A stretch of DNA of 63,725 bases, filler included, from Reclinomonas americana ATCC 50394 (GCA_048213135.1; 17 parts of 17 records of this genome joined end to end with filler, not necessarily neighbours in it); one strand, 5' to 3'; shown: positions 38,262-51,799, numbered from the whole stretch's first letter. Notes: generated by a model not told the origin, from the letters alone. Numbers and translations are program-made.

Positions 38262-38948
38262 TGCAAGCACGAAAATGAGACAGGGAGCGGACACAGCGCG
38301 AACGAAGTCTGCCTGGCTGGCGTCGTTCTCCTCCACTCTCCTCTGATGTTTGCTGATCCCTTGCACGACAGAGAGTGAGAGAGCATCTGCTGTTCCTTGC
38401 TGGCGCTTGATATCCTTATAATTATAAAACACTGCCTGTTTCGAATTCGAATTCTCTTTCCCGTTCAACAGACTCTGCGCCAAGTCTGCCTCCATCGCTG
38501 TCGTCGCAATTAGCGCTCTCCTCTCCTCTGACATTCGCCGACCGCTGCAGATCACTTGCTCTTCCTTTCACGGCGGACGTGCTTGTCCTTAAACACTAGT
38601 ACTGCCCGATTCTGTCGTCGTTCTCCCCTCCCCTCCTCTAACGTACTCTCACCGCTTGCTGGCACACACACTGCCTGTTTCCCCCGATTCAACAAACAGC
38701 GAAGCCTGCCTCGCTGTCGTCGTTCCGGAGCGGCGGTGAATGAAGAAAATTCCTCTCAACGCGCGGCGACTTCGCTCTTGTCGAAGCCTGTCATATTAAC
38801 GCAACTCACAAACAAACAAGGGGTTCTGCAAGGGGATTCATTCTCTTATCTCGGCTGCGAGCATTCAAGAGCTCGCAGTCAAGCAGGTGCATCAATATAT
38901 AGATATCGTCGATCTGGCGCTGCAGATCACTGCACGCGTGCACGTTCT

Positions 38949-39080
38949 TCACAAGTTCAGCTCGAGGTCAACGTTCGAAGTGAGACTCTTGCCCGCGTCG
39001 GTGGCGACAACGGGCACAAGGCATCCGGCGGCCACGTCGTCAACCAGCTCCGCCATTGGAAGTTTGTAGGAGGGATCCAT
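38949..39080 (-). CDS. Microprotein P10 (43 aa) MDPSYKLPMAELVDDVAAGCLVPVVATDAGKSLTSNVDLELNL
   Basis: CGCAG|CTTGAG-ATG; VVATDAG motif; upstream flank resembles that of P11. Confidence 0.5.
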   Translation of the reverse strand: MDPSYKLPMAELVDDVAAGCLVPVVATDAGKSLTSNVDLELNL

Positions 39081-39650
39081 CTCAAGCTGCGCGTGCGCGC
39101 GCGCGGAAGGGACAGCAACACAAGAGTGAGAAGAGTACTGCTGACAAAGGGATGGCATGTGCTGGATCTGCAGCAGCAGCTGCGCTGATCATGAGTGCTC
39201 TATATCTGTCCAAGTCTCTGCAAGCACTGCTGCACACACCGCTGTTGCAACACGCACGCAGGACGTCAACCTGTGCCCAGAGATACACTCACAGCGCTGA
39301 GTCTCGACAAGCGCAACTGTTCTCATTCTTCTCCCATCATCTCAATGCACTCCCACTCCAGACCCAAGCCTTCTTCTTCTGCTCGTGAGTGCACACATCT
39401 CAAAGCCTCTCTCTCTCTCTCNNNNNNNNNNNNNNNNNNNNNNNNNNNNNNNNNNNNNNNNNNNNTTAATTAATTAANNNNNNNNNNNNNNNNNNNNNNN
39501 NNNNNNNNNNNNNNNNNNNNNTACTTTACCTTACCCTTACCTTACCTACCTACCTACTACCTACCTACCTACCTACCTACCTACCTACCTACCTACCGTA
39601 CCTACCTCTTCGTTCTCGTCGTCGTCGTACGTACGTACACACTACTACTA

Positions 39651-39715
<65 letters not shown>

Positions 39716-40041
39716 TCACTCATGTGCGCACACGCAGCGCAAAGGTTCAGAACAAGCGTGTGCGCGCTGCCACGAGTGTGTTCGCGCTTCTTCGCCGCCA
39801 CTCACACACGAGAAGACGAGACAGTCAACAACCCCTCTGTGTGACTCTCACAAACAACATACCTCTGCGTACGACGTGATCAATAAAAAGAGACTGCTGC
39901 GATGGACTCGACGGACACTCGATACCGAAACCACCTTGGTAAAGGATTCATTCTCTCTCTCGCCCCCATCCATCGTCACCCTGCGGGCACCACCAGTTGC
40001 AAAGGACCGGACGCCACCATGATCACTTCGCTCGACCCCGC

Positions 40042-40203
40042 TCACACACCCGGGAGGCCGAGGGGCGACGACGCCGAAGAAGACCCACCAGGTTGAAGCC
40101 CAGAACCGGCAGGACTGCAAGCGGTGGCAGGCAACGCAATGTCGCCGGCGCTGACCTGCGCACCAAGACCTGGATCGACACTAATCGAATTCGTGCTGCC
40201 CAT
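40042..40203 (-). CDS. Microprotein P11 (53 aa) MGSTNSISVDPGLGAQVSAGDIALPATACSPAGSGLQPGGSSSASSPLGLPGV
   Basis: VSAGD motif; 5' flank related to P10 and 3' flank related to P12. Confidence 0.45.
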   Translation of the reverse strand: MGSTNSISVDPGLGAQVSAGDIALPATACSPAGSGLQPGGSSSASSPLGLPGV

Positions 40204-40471
40204 TGCAACGTGCTGCGCGCGAGGCACCACAGTCGTGAGAAGAGCGTGTGGCATGCAGCAGGTGATCTTGACTGTTCTGTCCAATTCTCAATCCGCAGAA
40301 AGTACACGCACTCTCCACAGAGGCTGCAAGACCAGTTGGCGCATGCGCCAGTGCTCTTGTGGTGGCTGCCACCAGTACTGTTCCCATTTCACGCTCCGTC
40401 ATTCATCATTTCAGCACACCTCCCACTCACGACACCGTTTTCCATGTCTGCTCGAGAGTGCACACAGTTGC

Positions 40472-40508
<37 letters not shown>

Positions 40509-40844
40509 CTCTCGTCGTCGTCGTCGTCTCGTCTCTACTACGTACGTACGTCGTACGTACGTACGTACGTACGTACGTNNNNNNNNNNNNNNNNNNNNNN
40601 NNNNNNNNNNNNNNNNNNNNNNTTAATTAATTAANNNNNNNNNNNNNNNNNNNNNNNNNNNNNNNNNNNNNNNNNNNNCGTTACCGTTACCGTTACCGTT
40701 ACCTTACCGTACCGTACCTCCGTACCTACTACTACTACTACTACTACCTACCTACCTACCTACCTACCTACCGTACCGTACCGTTACCGTTACCGTTACG
40801 TCGTCGTCGTCGTACGTACGTACGTACGTACGTACTACGTCGTC

Positions 40845-40908
<64 letters not shown>

Positions 40909-41334
40909 GAGTGACACTGCTACAAGTGTGCGCACGTCTCACAATCAGTGCTTCACCGCGACTCCCACACGCACACAAGAGTGGCGACGAGACAGTCAAC
41001 AGTGGCTCCTCTGTGCGCTTCTCACTAACAACGTACCTCTGCGCGCAGACTGCGTCAACAAAGAATCAAGCAAAATCACTCGACCGAACGAGAGTTTGAA
41101 ACAGCCTTGGTTTCTTCCTCACCCAATGAGCAACACAGTTGCATGGCGATCACCACCTCGAGCAAGTATCAGTAACGGAGACATCCCAGAAGCAAACAGC
41201 ACGAGAGAACGTCGAAAATGTCTAATTATCAGCATGCGAGAAGCAGTTGAGTCCGCGAAGTGAGGACATCAAACCTCACAAAGGTTTATTCTCTCTCTTG
41301 CCACCGTGGCCTCCTGCTTACTTCATGCAAGCAT

Positions 41335-41481
41335 CTACGGACCAAACGTCAACACATCACCGGCGGGGATCGGCGACGAGCAGCCGGCCATATCCGACAC
41401 GGGCGTGGCAACCATTCCGCTGCCGACGCCGTAGTTAAGGTTCTGAGAGCCGTACGTGTAATAGCCGTCGCCGCTGTCCAT
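41335..41481 (-). CDS. Microprotein P12 (48 aa) MDSGDGYYTYGSQNLNYGVGSGMVATPVSDMAGCSSPIPAGDVLTFGP
   Basis: CAG|GCAA-ATG; VATPVSD motif. Confidence 0.6.
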   Translation of the reverse strand: MDSGDGYYTYGSQNLNYGVGSGMVATPVSDMAGCSSPIPAGDVLTFGP

Positions 41482-42265
41482 TTGCCTGCTGCGAAAACAG
41501 ATGATGAAGAACTGTTCCCTGTCTTGTTTTCTCTCTCTTTCCACATAGGCATGCACTCGTATCACGTTCTCTGGTGTGTTGATGAGTACCAGTGCTTCTC
41601 CTTCCACTCTCCTTCTCTCTCTCTCTCTCGTTCTCTCTCTCTATCTTCCTCTCTTTCTCTCTATCGAATTCTCTCACTCTCTTTGTCTGTCTTCCACGTG
41701 CACCCTGTGCATCTACTGTGATGTGGAAAAGAGTGCTCCTCCTCACTCTCTTTCTCTGTCTTCCACGAACGCCCTCTGCGCTTGCGTCGTCTCTTATAAT
41801 AAGAGCAACATGTGTGAGTCTCATTCTCACACAATTTCTCGCCAGCAAGGCACTCTGTTGCACAGACACACTGTTAGACCTCTCGCCCCCACCTCTCTCT
41901 CTCTCTCTCTCTTCCACAGTCGCCTTCTACGCATGCATCTTCTCTCGAATGATAGTCTCCGGTTTCTCTCTCTCACGCACACTGTTCATTCTCGCCAGCG
42001 ACGCATTCCCCTAAAGACACACTACACGACCTCTTGCCCTCCCTCCCTCTCTTCCCCCGTTCACTCTTCACCCCACACGCACCCTTTGCGCGAAGTCTCA
42101 CACAACACAAACAATGTTCAAGGACAGAGAAACGAACTTCGCACATATAATAACAAAAACTGAGATGAGCTCACGCAGGTTTGTAGTAGTACGCCACTGC
42201 TGCAAACAAGCCAGCCAGAGATTCATTCTTCTTGGCAAAGCGCTTGCTGAGTATCGCACAACGCG

Positions 42266-42433
42266 TTACTGAGACAGCCACTGGGTATCCGGCGAAAAGC
42301 TGTCAACGGCGGCCTGCGACGGAGTCGTCGCGGTCGCGTCGGTGAAGCCGTGGAGAGTGGACGACGCCATGCCAGTGACCACGTTGGCCACCGCTCCCAC
42401 CTCAACAGCAGACTGAATTTGATTGTACTCCAT
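42266..42433 (-). CDS. Microprotein P13 (55 aa) MEYNQIQSAVEVGAVANVVTGMASSTLHGFTDATATTPSQAAVDSFSPDTQWLSQ
   Basis: CACAG|GCAC-ATG. GAVANVVTGMAS aligns to P12 GMVATPVSDMAG with the Asp lost. Confidence 0.55.
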   Translation of the reverse strand: MEYNQIQSAVEVGAVANVVTGMASSTLHGFTDATATTPSQAAVDSFSPDTQWLSQ

Positions 42434-42486
42434 GTGCCTGTGGAAAGGAGAGCACTATGAGGGAAACTGTGACGGGAAGACGTTGG

Positions 42487-42557
<71 letters not shown>

Positions 42558-42713
42558 ACACACACACACAACGAACGAACGAACGAACGAACGAACGAAC
42601 GAACGAACGACGANNNNNNNNNNNNNNNNNNNNNNNNNNNNNNNNNNNNNNNNNNNNTTAATTAATTAANNNNNNNNNNNNNNNNNNNNNNNNNNNNNNN
42701 NNNNNNNNNNNNN

Positions 42714-42765
<52 letters not shown>

Positions 42766-43464
42766 CCTCCTCTCCTCCTCTCTCTCTCTCTCTCTCTCTC
42801 GACTCGAGCGTCTGGTTTGCGTGTGGAGATGGCCGCACGAGAGCACTCTCAGCCACAGTATTGCATGACATGCCGCGAAAGAAACCAATCGCACAGGAGC
42901 TTCTCTCCATGCTTCGTGTACCAACCTTATCGTTCTCCAAACGCGAAAAACGAAGCGATGCAAAGTATGCGGACGACTAGTCGACTGATCGCGACGTCGC
43001 AAGAAATATTCTCTCCCAACGAACCTCGAGTGGCTCCCACTGCCGTACGAGCCCGCTGTGGCTGGTTTGGCAACCCTCGACTTCCGGATTCAAGCGGCGC
43101 CCTCTTGATCACAACATCGACCCTGAACCTCGAGCTCATCAGCCCTTATCCAGTTGCACGCGCTGCTGACGAAGGTTGAACCGTGACCCCCTTCCTCCCC
43201 CCACCTTCCCTCTTCGCCTCGCACTTGGTCTCACATATACCTTCCTCTATAACCCTTGCCGAAAACATCACTCTTCCCCCACAGTCACCTTCGCCCACTC
43301 CTGCACCTTCTTCCAGTTGTCTCCCTCCCCTTTCACCCTTCCCCTTTCACTCAATCACCCTCACCACTTCTGCGCCTTCTGCCCCCTTCCCTTCATTCCT
43401 TCCTCCCTTCCCCTCCGGATCCATTCGCATTGCTTTGTATTCTCCTTGCCACACCACCACCACA

Positions 43465-46400
43465 TCACGTCGCCGGGACACACCCCGCCGTCGTCAACGT
43501 GAATTGCTCGCAAATCGTGTTTCCCAGACACAGCGAGAATGCCGGCGTGCCAAGCGCGCTGCACGTCAACACACTCGAGCGATCCGACGAGCACGTCTGG
43601 TCGGTGTTGCCGACCACGCACCGCCCGCAGTCCGACCCGAAGAAACCGCGCGGGCACCGCTGCGGTGCGTCGATAGAGATGCGACCCACGGCGGCCCACG
43701 TGACGTACGTCGTATTGCCGGCTCCGGGATCCGTAACGTCGTAGACAAAGTCGATGGCGAAGACTTCGTTGCCAATAATTTGCGTGCCCAGCTCGATTCC
43801 ATTGTTGCCTACTCGGTGGTTGATCACGGCGGCGCCCGTGCTGGCCGTGCTCGACTTCCATCCACGCAAGAACAATTGCACCGACACGGTGTTGGCCAGC
43901 AGTCCATCCGGCGTGTCCACCGTCACCAGGCTGATGGTTTGCGTCAGTGTGGCCGACGTGTGTGTTGTCTCTGCGGTGGTGTGCACGGAGGTGTGAGCTG
44001 CAGGTGCACAAACCATCTTCTCTCTCTCTCCACCACCACAAACCGCCAGCCAACAAGACAAAGCCGCTGCGATTCGAGGCATCTTCACGCGCCGGACCAA
44101 ATGCGTGTCGCGCATACAGGCGCTCGACTTGCGCGTCGCCGGTGACACGGCCGAGAATATCGCCGTGCGTGCGACTGTAGGACACGTGCGACAGCTCGAA
44201 ACTGTCGGAGAGCGTGGAACCACTTGTGTCGCCCAAGTTCCGTCGTCGGGTGTGCACACCCGATAGCACCACCGCCAATGTCGGAACAGAGGCAAAGTGG
44301 TACACGGCGGAAACATTGTGCCTCTGTTCACGCGATCTCTCCTCAGGCGAAAAGAAAGTCACATGCAGGCGTGGCTCAGCATACGTACCTCAAGTACCAA
44401 CTTGTTGGCTGCNNNNNNNNNNNNNNNNNNNNNNNNNNNNNNNNNNNNNNNNNNNNTTAATTAATTAANNNNNNNNNNNNNNNNNNNNNNNNNNNNNNNN
44501 NNNNNNNNNNNNTTTCACCTCCTCCTCGTCATATCCACGCACTCAGTTCAATCTGCGGCGCCGCAGCGCCCACGGCAGTCGTCACCAAGCACGGCACCGA
44601 CATCTGCTTGGTGCCCGTCACTGCCGGCTCGCCGCAGTACACGTTGGAGTCGCTGCCGGCGTCACTCGTGAACCGAGTGAGACCGACGAGAACTCGCGGC
44701 GTCGCAAAGAATGCACGTGCAAATGTGTAGGTGTACGTGGTGAGAGTCGACACGACATCGGCGCTACGTGGCGCAACGGACATGGTGCTGAACTTGGACG
44801 TCGTCGCGCCGTGGACAACAGTCGGCGGCGACACTGTCGTTGTGCTGAGCGCCGACAATTGCATCGCCGACGACACGCTGATGGTGTTGGCCGCCATCGG
44901 AACCTGGCCGACCAGCGCCGAGAAGCCCGACACTAGCAGATAGCCAGTCGCAGAGTAATATCCGTTGTTGACGGCCACACACAGCTTAGCCGAGGCACCA
45001 CCGGTCGGCGAATTCGGAGTCACGGACAGCGTAAAGTGCGAGCAACCACCACCGCCGTCCGACGTGCACTGCGACGGCCCCACTACCGTGACCGCAAAGC
45101 CGACACCGTCGAGTACCGAGTTATAGATCGATGTTTCGCTGCAGTTGCTCTCGACGGCCACCGCCTTGAACATGGTGCACGAGTTGAAGTCGCCAGTAAC
45201 CGAGCCAATGTGGACCATGTTGGCGCGTCCGAATTCGAGAACTTGCGGATTGACAAAGGACACCACTGGAAGTCGAACCGACAGCGGCGGTGGATCCATC
45301 AGGAAGAGGGGGCCGTTGGAGAGAAGAACCAGCGGCGAGACAGCAGTTGTAAGCTGGAATCTGTGGTGCGCGCGGCGTGAGTGCAGAACAAGAGAGATTG
45401 ACGAGAAGAGCGAGCGAGCGCAGACCGTCCACACAAGTAGGAGACACTGGGAGGCGCCACGTGACAGGTACCGTTGGCGTTGGCGCCGAGAGACGGCGAG
45501 GAATCGGGATTAGCTGTGGCAACTGTAAAGACGACTTGCGTCTCAGAGATGCCGCCCGGACGGAGAGCGACAGAGGTGTCGCTGGCCTTTGTGCCCGTAC
45601 AGTCGCTGGCCGGATAGAGGCCATAGCTGCCGGTGGTGGTATCCCAGGTGACGAGGGATGGGAAGTGCTCGCCTTGGATCGTCAGCGACAGCGAAAAGTG
45701 ACCCGTGCGCAGCACTCTGGGAGCCACAGAGTCGGAGAGAGTGACTGCGATGGGGGAGAGGATAAGTTCATGCATAGAAGAGCAGAGAAAGAAAACTGGC
45801 AAGAGCACAAGACCAATGTGGACAGACAAAACGAGAAAGACACGAGTGGCAGGTGGAGAACAAGAGATGCAGAGCACACGAACACTAAAGATAGAAAAGC
45901 AATGACAGACGAAGGCATGGGACTAGGAGAGAAGAGAGAGAGGGGAGAGGGAGAGGAAAATGCAATGGAGCTCGATCCCTCCTTCCCGGAGAACAGAGAT
46001 GCAGATAAGTCAGAGCACACGAGAAAGACAAGTCATGATAGAGAGAGAGAGAGAGAAAGACGCAGTGGAGCTCTTTCCTTCCTTCCTGGAGACCAGAGTT
46101 GCAGAGTAGCTTGAGCACACGAGCAAGAGAAGGCACGGGACGGCATCGAGAGAGTAACATTCAATGGAGAACTTTCTCTCCCGCTCTCTCTTTCCCTCCT
46201 TCCCTCCTCCCATTGCTTCCCCTTCCCTTACCATTCTTCGATGCGTGTCAACGACAGCAGCGAAGAACGCAGATCTAACAGAGTGACAGAGAAGCGACAC
46301 GAATGGGAAGAGAGAGAGGACCACCCTCCTTTCCTTCCCTCTCCTTTCCCTCCCNNNNNNNNNNNNNNNNNNNNNNNNNNNNNNNNNNNNNNNNNNNNTT

Positions 46401-47198
46401 AATTAATTAANNNNNNNNNNNNNNNNNNNNNNNNNNNNNNNNNNNNNNNNNNNNCCCTCCCTCCTTCCCTCTCTCCCCTCCCCCCTTCCCTCCTTCCATC
46501 TCCCTCACAGCAGACGCAACAAACGTCCACAACAACAGCGGCCTGGTAGGTTTTCGCAGGGTTCGCCAGACCATCTTGATCGACACACACGAAGCGTTGT
46601 CCACCAGAGTGGTCATTGACGGCGGAGAACACCATGGTCACAATGTTGGTTCCCATCGGAGCCAGCAGACTGCTCGTGACGATTGTCGAGGAGGCATCGG
46701 TGCAGTCGGCATTCTTGAACATGGCGATTGCGGAGAGCCCAAAGGTGAAGGTGGCGGGCGTGAATGCGAGATCGACCGCCTGATTGGCGACGCCCGCCTT
46801 GATCAAAATCTCGGTGGGTGTGAAGCCTGCGCAGAAAGAGAGCACATGAGGTGTTGTTGGCAAACAAACTAACTCACGATCACTCACTCGTCGTGCGTGT
46901 GATCAATGCACACAGGTGAAGCACTGCGGTGTTTATCCTTCTGCCATGGCTCTCGTCGTGCCCACTCTCTCCTCAGAGCGATCAAACACGCACTCTTCCT
47001 CACATCGCCCAACTCCTCTGCCCACACACTCTCTCTCGCCACGCACATGCTTGCATGTAGTGTGAACAAAAAAGCGCGCGAAATCGCTGCTACCGTTAGA
47101 CACTCACCGCTCTGGATCGCGGCAACGCCAGCGAAGAGGTTGACAATGAGGAGCACCGCCACGACTGCCACCGACAGGTGGCAAGAGAGCCGCACCAT
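43465..47198 (-). CDS. Secreted multi-domain protein with H-type-lectin-like domains and a Cys-rich/EGF-like C-terminus (copy A)
   Basis: Signal peptide MVRLSCHLSVAVVAVLLIVNLFAGVAA. TYTFARAFFATPRVLVGLTRF and YHFASVPTLAVVLSG resemble the H-lectin F...F..P.V.vgl pattern. C-terminal CPRGFFGSDCGRC. Spans two gaps. Confidence 0.6.
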
Positions 47199-48027
47199 TG
47201 ATCTGTGCGTGTGTGCAAGTTTTGAGCGCGGACAAGAGCATAATCCTGCCCCCCACGTCCGCCGGTATGGCAGAGACGCCACACGGCATGCAACGAGCAA
47301 CAACGCACTACTGGTAGTACCACGCAACTTGTACACCGGTATGTCGCTGCGCGTGCTCCAGCAACGGGATCAAGGCCGCAAACAGGACTTCCGACCACAA
47401 ATGTCCACACGACGTCGGTGGCGACAACTCGAGAATTGTGAACTCATTGGACAACAGTGTGGTTGATCAGTGAACTGAACGCACTTGCACGGATCCCCAC
47501 GAGTACGATCGCAAACGAGAGCTGAACTCGTGCCGCAATTCAACAGCAACAACAAACTCATTCACCAACAAACAAGTAACAGCTGACTTGATGACCAACC
47601 AAGTTCAACCGTATCCAGATCCAAAACATCAACACAGACACCAATCTTGAGGAGTCAGCAGGTTCCTTGTGTGTGTATTCGCTCTCGGAGAATAACGCTG
47701 CGCTTGCCTTGTTTCGTCATCCCCAACAGCACGACAGCCACTCCTACGTTTTCACAAACAATAGCGATCATATGTATATATTGTGATGGCCTCTCCGTTA
47801 CGGAACAGTGTTGAAGCACGTAGAACCAACTAAAACAACAACTGACGACGGACTGGCGCCGCTCGCCGCAATAACGACAGGCAACTCGGCCGCAGAGGCC
47901 ACGGAGCTCCAAGAGTAGTCCGGAGCGNNNNNNNNNNNNNNNNNNNNNNNNNNNNNNNNNNNNNNNNNNNNTTAATTAATTAANNNNNNNNNNNNNNNNN
48001 NNNNNNNNNNNNNNNNNNNNNNNNNNN

Positions 48028-49987
48028 TTTGTAGCTGAACCCCACTGTTCACCGCTTGGTGGCTGATAACGGCACCGGTACTGGCCGTGCTCGACTTCCA
48101 CCCACGCAGGAACAGTTGCACCGACACGGTGTTGGCCAGCAGTCCGTTCGGCGTGTCCACCGTCACCAAGCTAATGGTTTGCGTCAGTGAGGCCGACGTG
48201 TGTGACGTCTCTGTGGTGTGCGACGTGTGTGTGATATAAGCCGCAGGCACAACGAGCAACAGCAACAACACAAACCGCCTGCCAACAGAACAAAGCCGCT
48301 TCGATTCGAGGCATCTTCACGTGCCGGACCAAACGCATACCGCGCATACAAACTCTCCACTTGCGCGTCGCCGGTAACGCGGCCGAGAATGTCACCCTTC
48401 GTGTGAGTGACAGACCCGTGCGACAGCTCGAAGCTGTCGGAGAGCGTGGAACCACTTGTGTCGTTCAGTTTTCGTCGTCGGGCGTGCACACCCGACAGCG
48501 CCACCGCCAATGTCGGAACAGAGGCAAAGTGGTACACGGCGGAAACATTGTGCCTCTGTTCATGCGATCTCTCCTCAGGAACGAAAAAGTGCGGCGTGCG
48601 CAACCCAGCTGCTCACGTACCTCAAGCACGGACTTGTTGGTTGTGGCGGCGAGCCATCCCCTGTTGCGCAGCTGCTCGGCATGTGCCCAGGAGAAGGCGT
48701 CCGAGTGGTGCACGTAGTAGGCGAGGTATGCTGCACACACACCAATAAACCAGCAATGAGAAACTCCTCCTCCTCCTCCTCCTCCTCATCATCATCATCT
48801 CCACGCACTCAATTCAATCTGCGGCGCCGCAGCGCCCACGGCAGTCGTCACCAAGCACGGCACCGACATCTGCTTGGTGCCCGTCACTGCCGGCTCGCCG
48901 CAGTACACGTTGGAGTCGCTGCCGGCGTCACTCGTGAACCGAGTGAGACCGACGAGAACTCGCGGCGTCGCAAAGAATGCACGCGCAAATGTGTAGGTGT
49001 ACGTGGTGAGCGTCGACTCAACATCGGCGCTACGCGGCGCAACGGACATGGTGCTGAACTTGGACATCGCCGCGCCGTGGACAACAGTCGGCGGCGACAC
49101 TGTCGTTGTGCTGAGCGCCGACAACTGCATCGCCGAAGACACGCTGGTCATCGGAACCTGGCCGACCAGCACCGAGAGGCCCGACACTAGCAGATAGCCA
49201 GTCGACGTGTATAATCTGTTGTTGATGGCCACACACAGTTTCGCCGAGGCACCACCGGTCGGTGAATTGGGGGTCACGGACAGAGTAAAGTGCGAGCAGC
49301 CACCACCAGCGGTCGCTTTGCACTGCGACGGCCCCACCACCGTGACCGCAACGCCGACACCGTCGAGCACCGAGTCATAGATTGCCGTGGCACTGCAGTC
49401 GCTCTCGACGGCCACCGCCTTGAACATGGTGCACGAGTTGAAGTCGCGAGTGGGCGAGCCAATGTGGACCGTGTTGGCGCGTCCGAATGCCAAGATTTGC
49501 GGGCTGACAAAGGACACATCAGGAGCTGACGGCAGAGGATCCATCAGGATGAGGGGGCCGTAGGAAAGAAGGACCAGTGGCGAGACAGCAGTTGTCGGCT
49601 GGAATCTGTTGAAGGGTAGTGTGAGTGCACGCGATGCCTGGGGATCGATGATGACAGCGAGGCCAGACCGTCCACACAGGTAGTAGACACCGGGTGAAGG
49701 CACCAGGCAGGTGCCAGATGCGCTTGCACCGAGTGACGGTGAGCCGACGACACTCGCCGTCGCAACAGAAAACAAAAGTTGTGTGTTGGAGATGCCGCCC
49801 GGACGGAGTACGACAGAGGTGGAGCTTGCAGTTGAGCCGGAGCAGTCGCTGGCGGCAAAGAGGCCGAAGCTGCCGGTGGTGGTATCCCAGGTGACGAGGG
49901 ATGGGAAATGGTCGCCTTGGATCGTCAGCGACAGCGAAATGTGACCCGTGCGCAGCACTCTGGGCGCTACAGAGTCGGAGAGCGTGA
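48028..49987 (-). CDS. Paralog of the H-lectin-like secreted protein (copy B, partial; ends fall in gaps)
   Basis: Exons colinear with 43800-45744 (VTLSDSVAPRVLRTGH.., TYTYTFARAFFATPRVLVGL.., DSFELSH..) and a homologous upstream intron. Confidence 0.65.
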
Positions 49988-51211
49988 CTGCAATGGGGGA
50001 AGACGATAAGTCCATGCATAGAAGAGAAAGAAGTGACAACTAGCAAGGGTACAAGACAAATGCGGATAGACAAAACGAGAAAAACACGAGCGGCAGGTGG
50101 AGAACAAGAGATGCAGAGTAGGCGGAGCACGAAAGACGAGGAGAGAAGAGAGAGAAGAGAGGGAGAGGGAGAGGAACATGCAATGGAACTGTTTCCTTCC
50201 TTCCCAGAGAACTGAGATGCAGAGAAGCCAGAGCACACGAGCACGAAAGATTGAAAGGCAGTGACAGACGAAAGCATGGTATGAGGAGAGCAGTGTGAGA
50301 GAGAGAGGAACAGACAGTGGAGCTCTGTCCTTCCTTCCCAGAGAACTGAGATGCAGAGTAGCCGGAACACAAGAGCAAGAGAAGGCACGGGACGGCATCG
50401 AGAGAGTAACATTCAATGGAGCACTTTCTCTCCCGCTCTCTCTTTCCCTCCTTCCCTCCTCCCATTGCTTCCCCATCCCTTACCATTCTTCGATGCGTGT
50501 CAACGACAGCAGCGAAAAACGCAGATTTAATAGAATGAAAGACAAGCGACACGAATAGGGGAGAAAGGAACACCCTCCTTTCCATCTCTCTCTTCTCTCT
50601 TTTCCTCTCCCTCTCCCCTTCCTTCAATCCATCCCTCTCCTTCTCCTTTCCCCCTTCGATGCTGGTCACCGACAACGGCAAAAGAATGCAGGAACAGCAG
50701 GAACAAAGAGGCGACACAAGTAGGAAGAAGGAACACGCAGCGGAGCTCGTTCCTTCCCTCTCTCTCTCTCACACACACATTCTCTCTCTCCACTCTGCCC
50801 CTTTCCTCTGTCCCCCTTTGATGTGTGCCACGAACAGCAGCGAAAGGACGCTGACACAGGTAAAGAAACAGGAGCTACACAATAGCTATAGGAGAGAAAG
50901 GAACACCCTCCTTTCCATCTCTCTCTCTCTCTTTCTATCAACCCTTCCCCTTTCCCCCTTCGACGTGTGCCACCGACAACAGCAAATGGGCGCTGAACAC
51001 AGCGGAAAGACAGGGGAGAGACACAAAGCAGGGAAAAGAATACACAATGGAGCTCGTTCCTGCCTTCCATCTCTCTCCCTCCCTCTCCCTCTTTCCCTCT
51101 CACCCTTCCCCNNNNNNNNNNNNNNNNNNNNNNNNNNNNNNNNNNNNNNNNNNNNTTAATTAATTAANNNNNNNNNNNNNNNNNNNNNNNNNNNNNNNNN
51201 NNNNNNNNNNN

Positions 51212-51253
<42 letters not shown>

Positions 51254-51625
51254 ATGAGAGAGCACGTGAAGCAAAGGACATTCGACGTGAGCCACGACAC
51301 GGCAGCAGGCACAAACATCGACGTGGAGTCCAAGATGAGAGGAGAGAAACGCAGCTAGAGCACTGTGCCGCGTATGTGATCCCCTGCCAAGAGAGCGCAT
51401 AAGCCAGGCGTGCGTCACAGAAAAGAGAGAAAGAGAAACACTGACATCATGGCCAATGCAATATTGACACACGAAAACAACAAGAGCGGCATTGAAGCAC
51501 GACACACACTCCTCACGGGTGTTCTCCAACGGCTGATCACATACGTATACGAATGCAGTCAGTGGAGTGCGAGAAGAAATTCATTCGCCACACAAAAGCG
51601 CCGCGCAGCAGCAGGAACGCAATCA

Positions 51626-51799
51626 TCACAATCCAAACTGCTCAAACTCTCCCTGACCGCCAGATCCCGGCGGAAGCAGAGTGTGCGCGGCCTTGCTGCC
51701 CTTTCCGTCTTCCTCGCTGCAGTGTCCGTGCTGGAGTCCGACAGTGCCCTCGTCTCCCACCACAGTGGCCACGCCGAGTCCGTTATAGTTGAAGTCCAT
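51626..51799 (-). CDS. Microprotein P14 (57 aa) MDFNYNGLGVATVVGDEGTVGLQHGHCSEEDGKGSKAAHTLLPPGSGGQGEFEQFGL
   Basis: CT tract, CGCAG|GAGCAAGC-ATG; GVATVVGDEG motif. Confidence 0.62.
   Translation of the reverse strand: MDFNYNGLGVATVVGDEGTVGLQHGHCSEEDGKGSKAAHTLLPPGSGGQGEFEQFGL

Noticed and set aside
40520..40850. (TACG)n, (CGTTAC)n and (CTAC)n runs at contig ends (also ~34178-34270, ~39522-39650, ~57920-57980) that look like telomeric or novel repeats
   Set aside because: They occur only at contig edges beyond microsatellites and follow TACG order, typical of pyrosequencing phase-loss noise.
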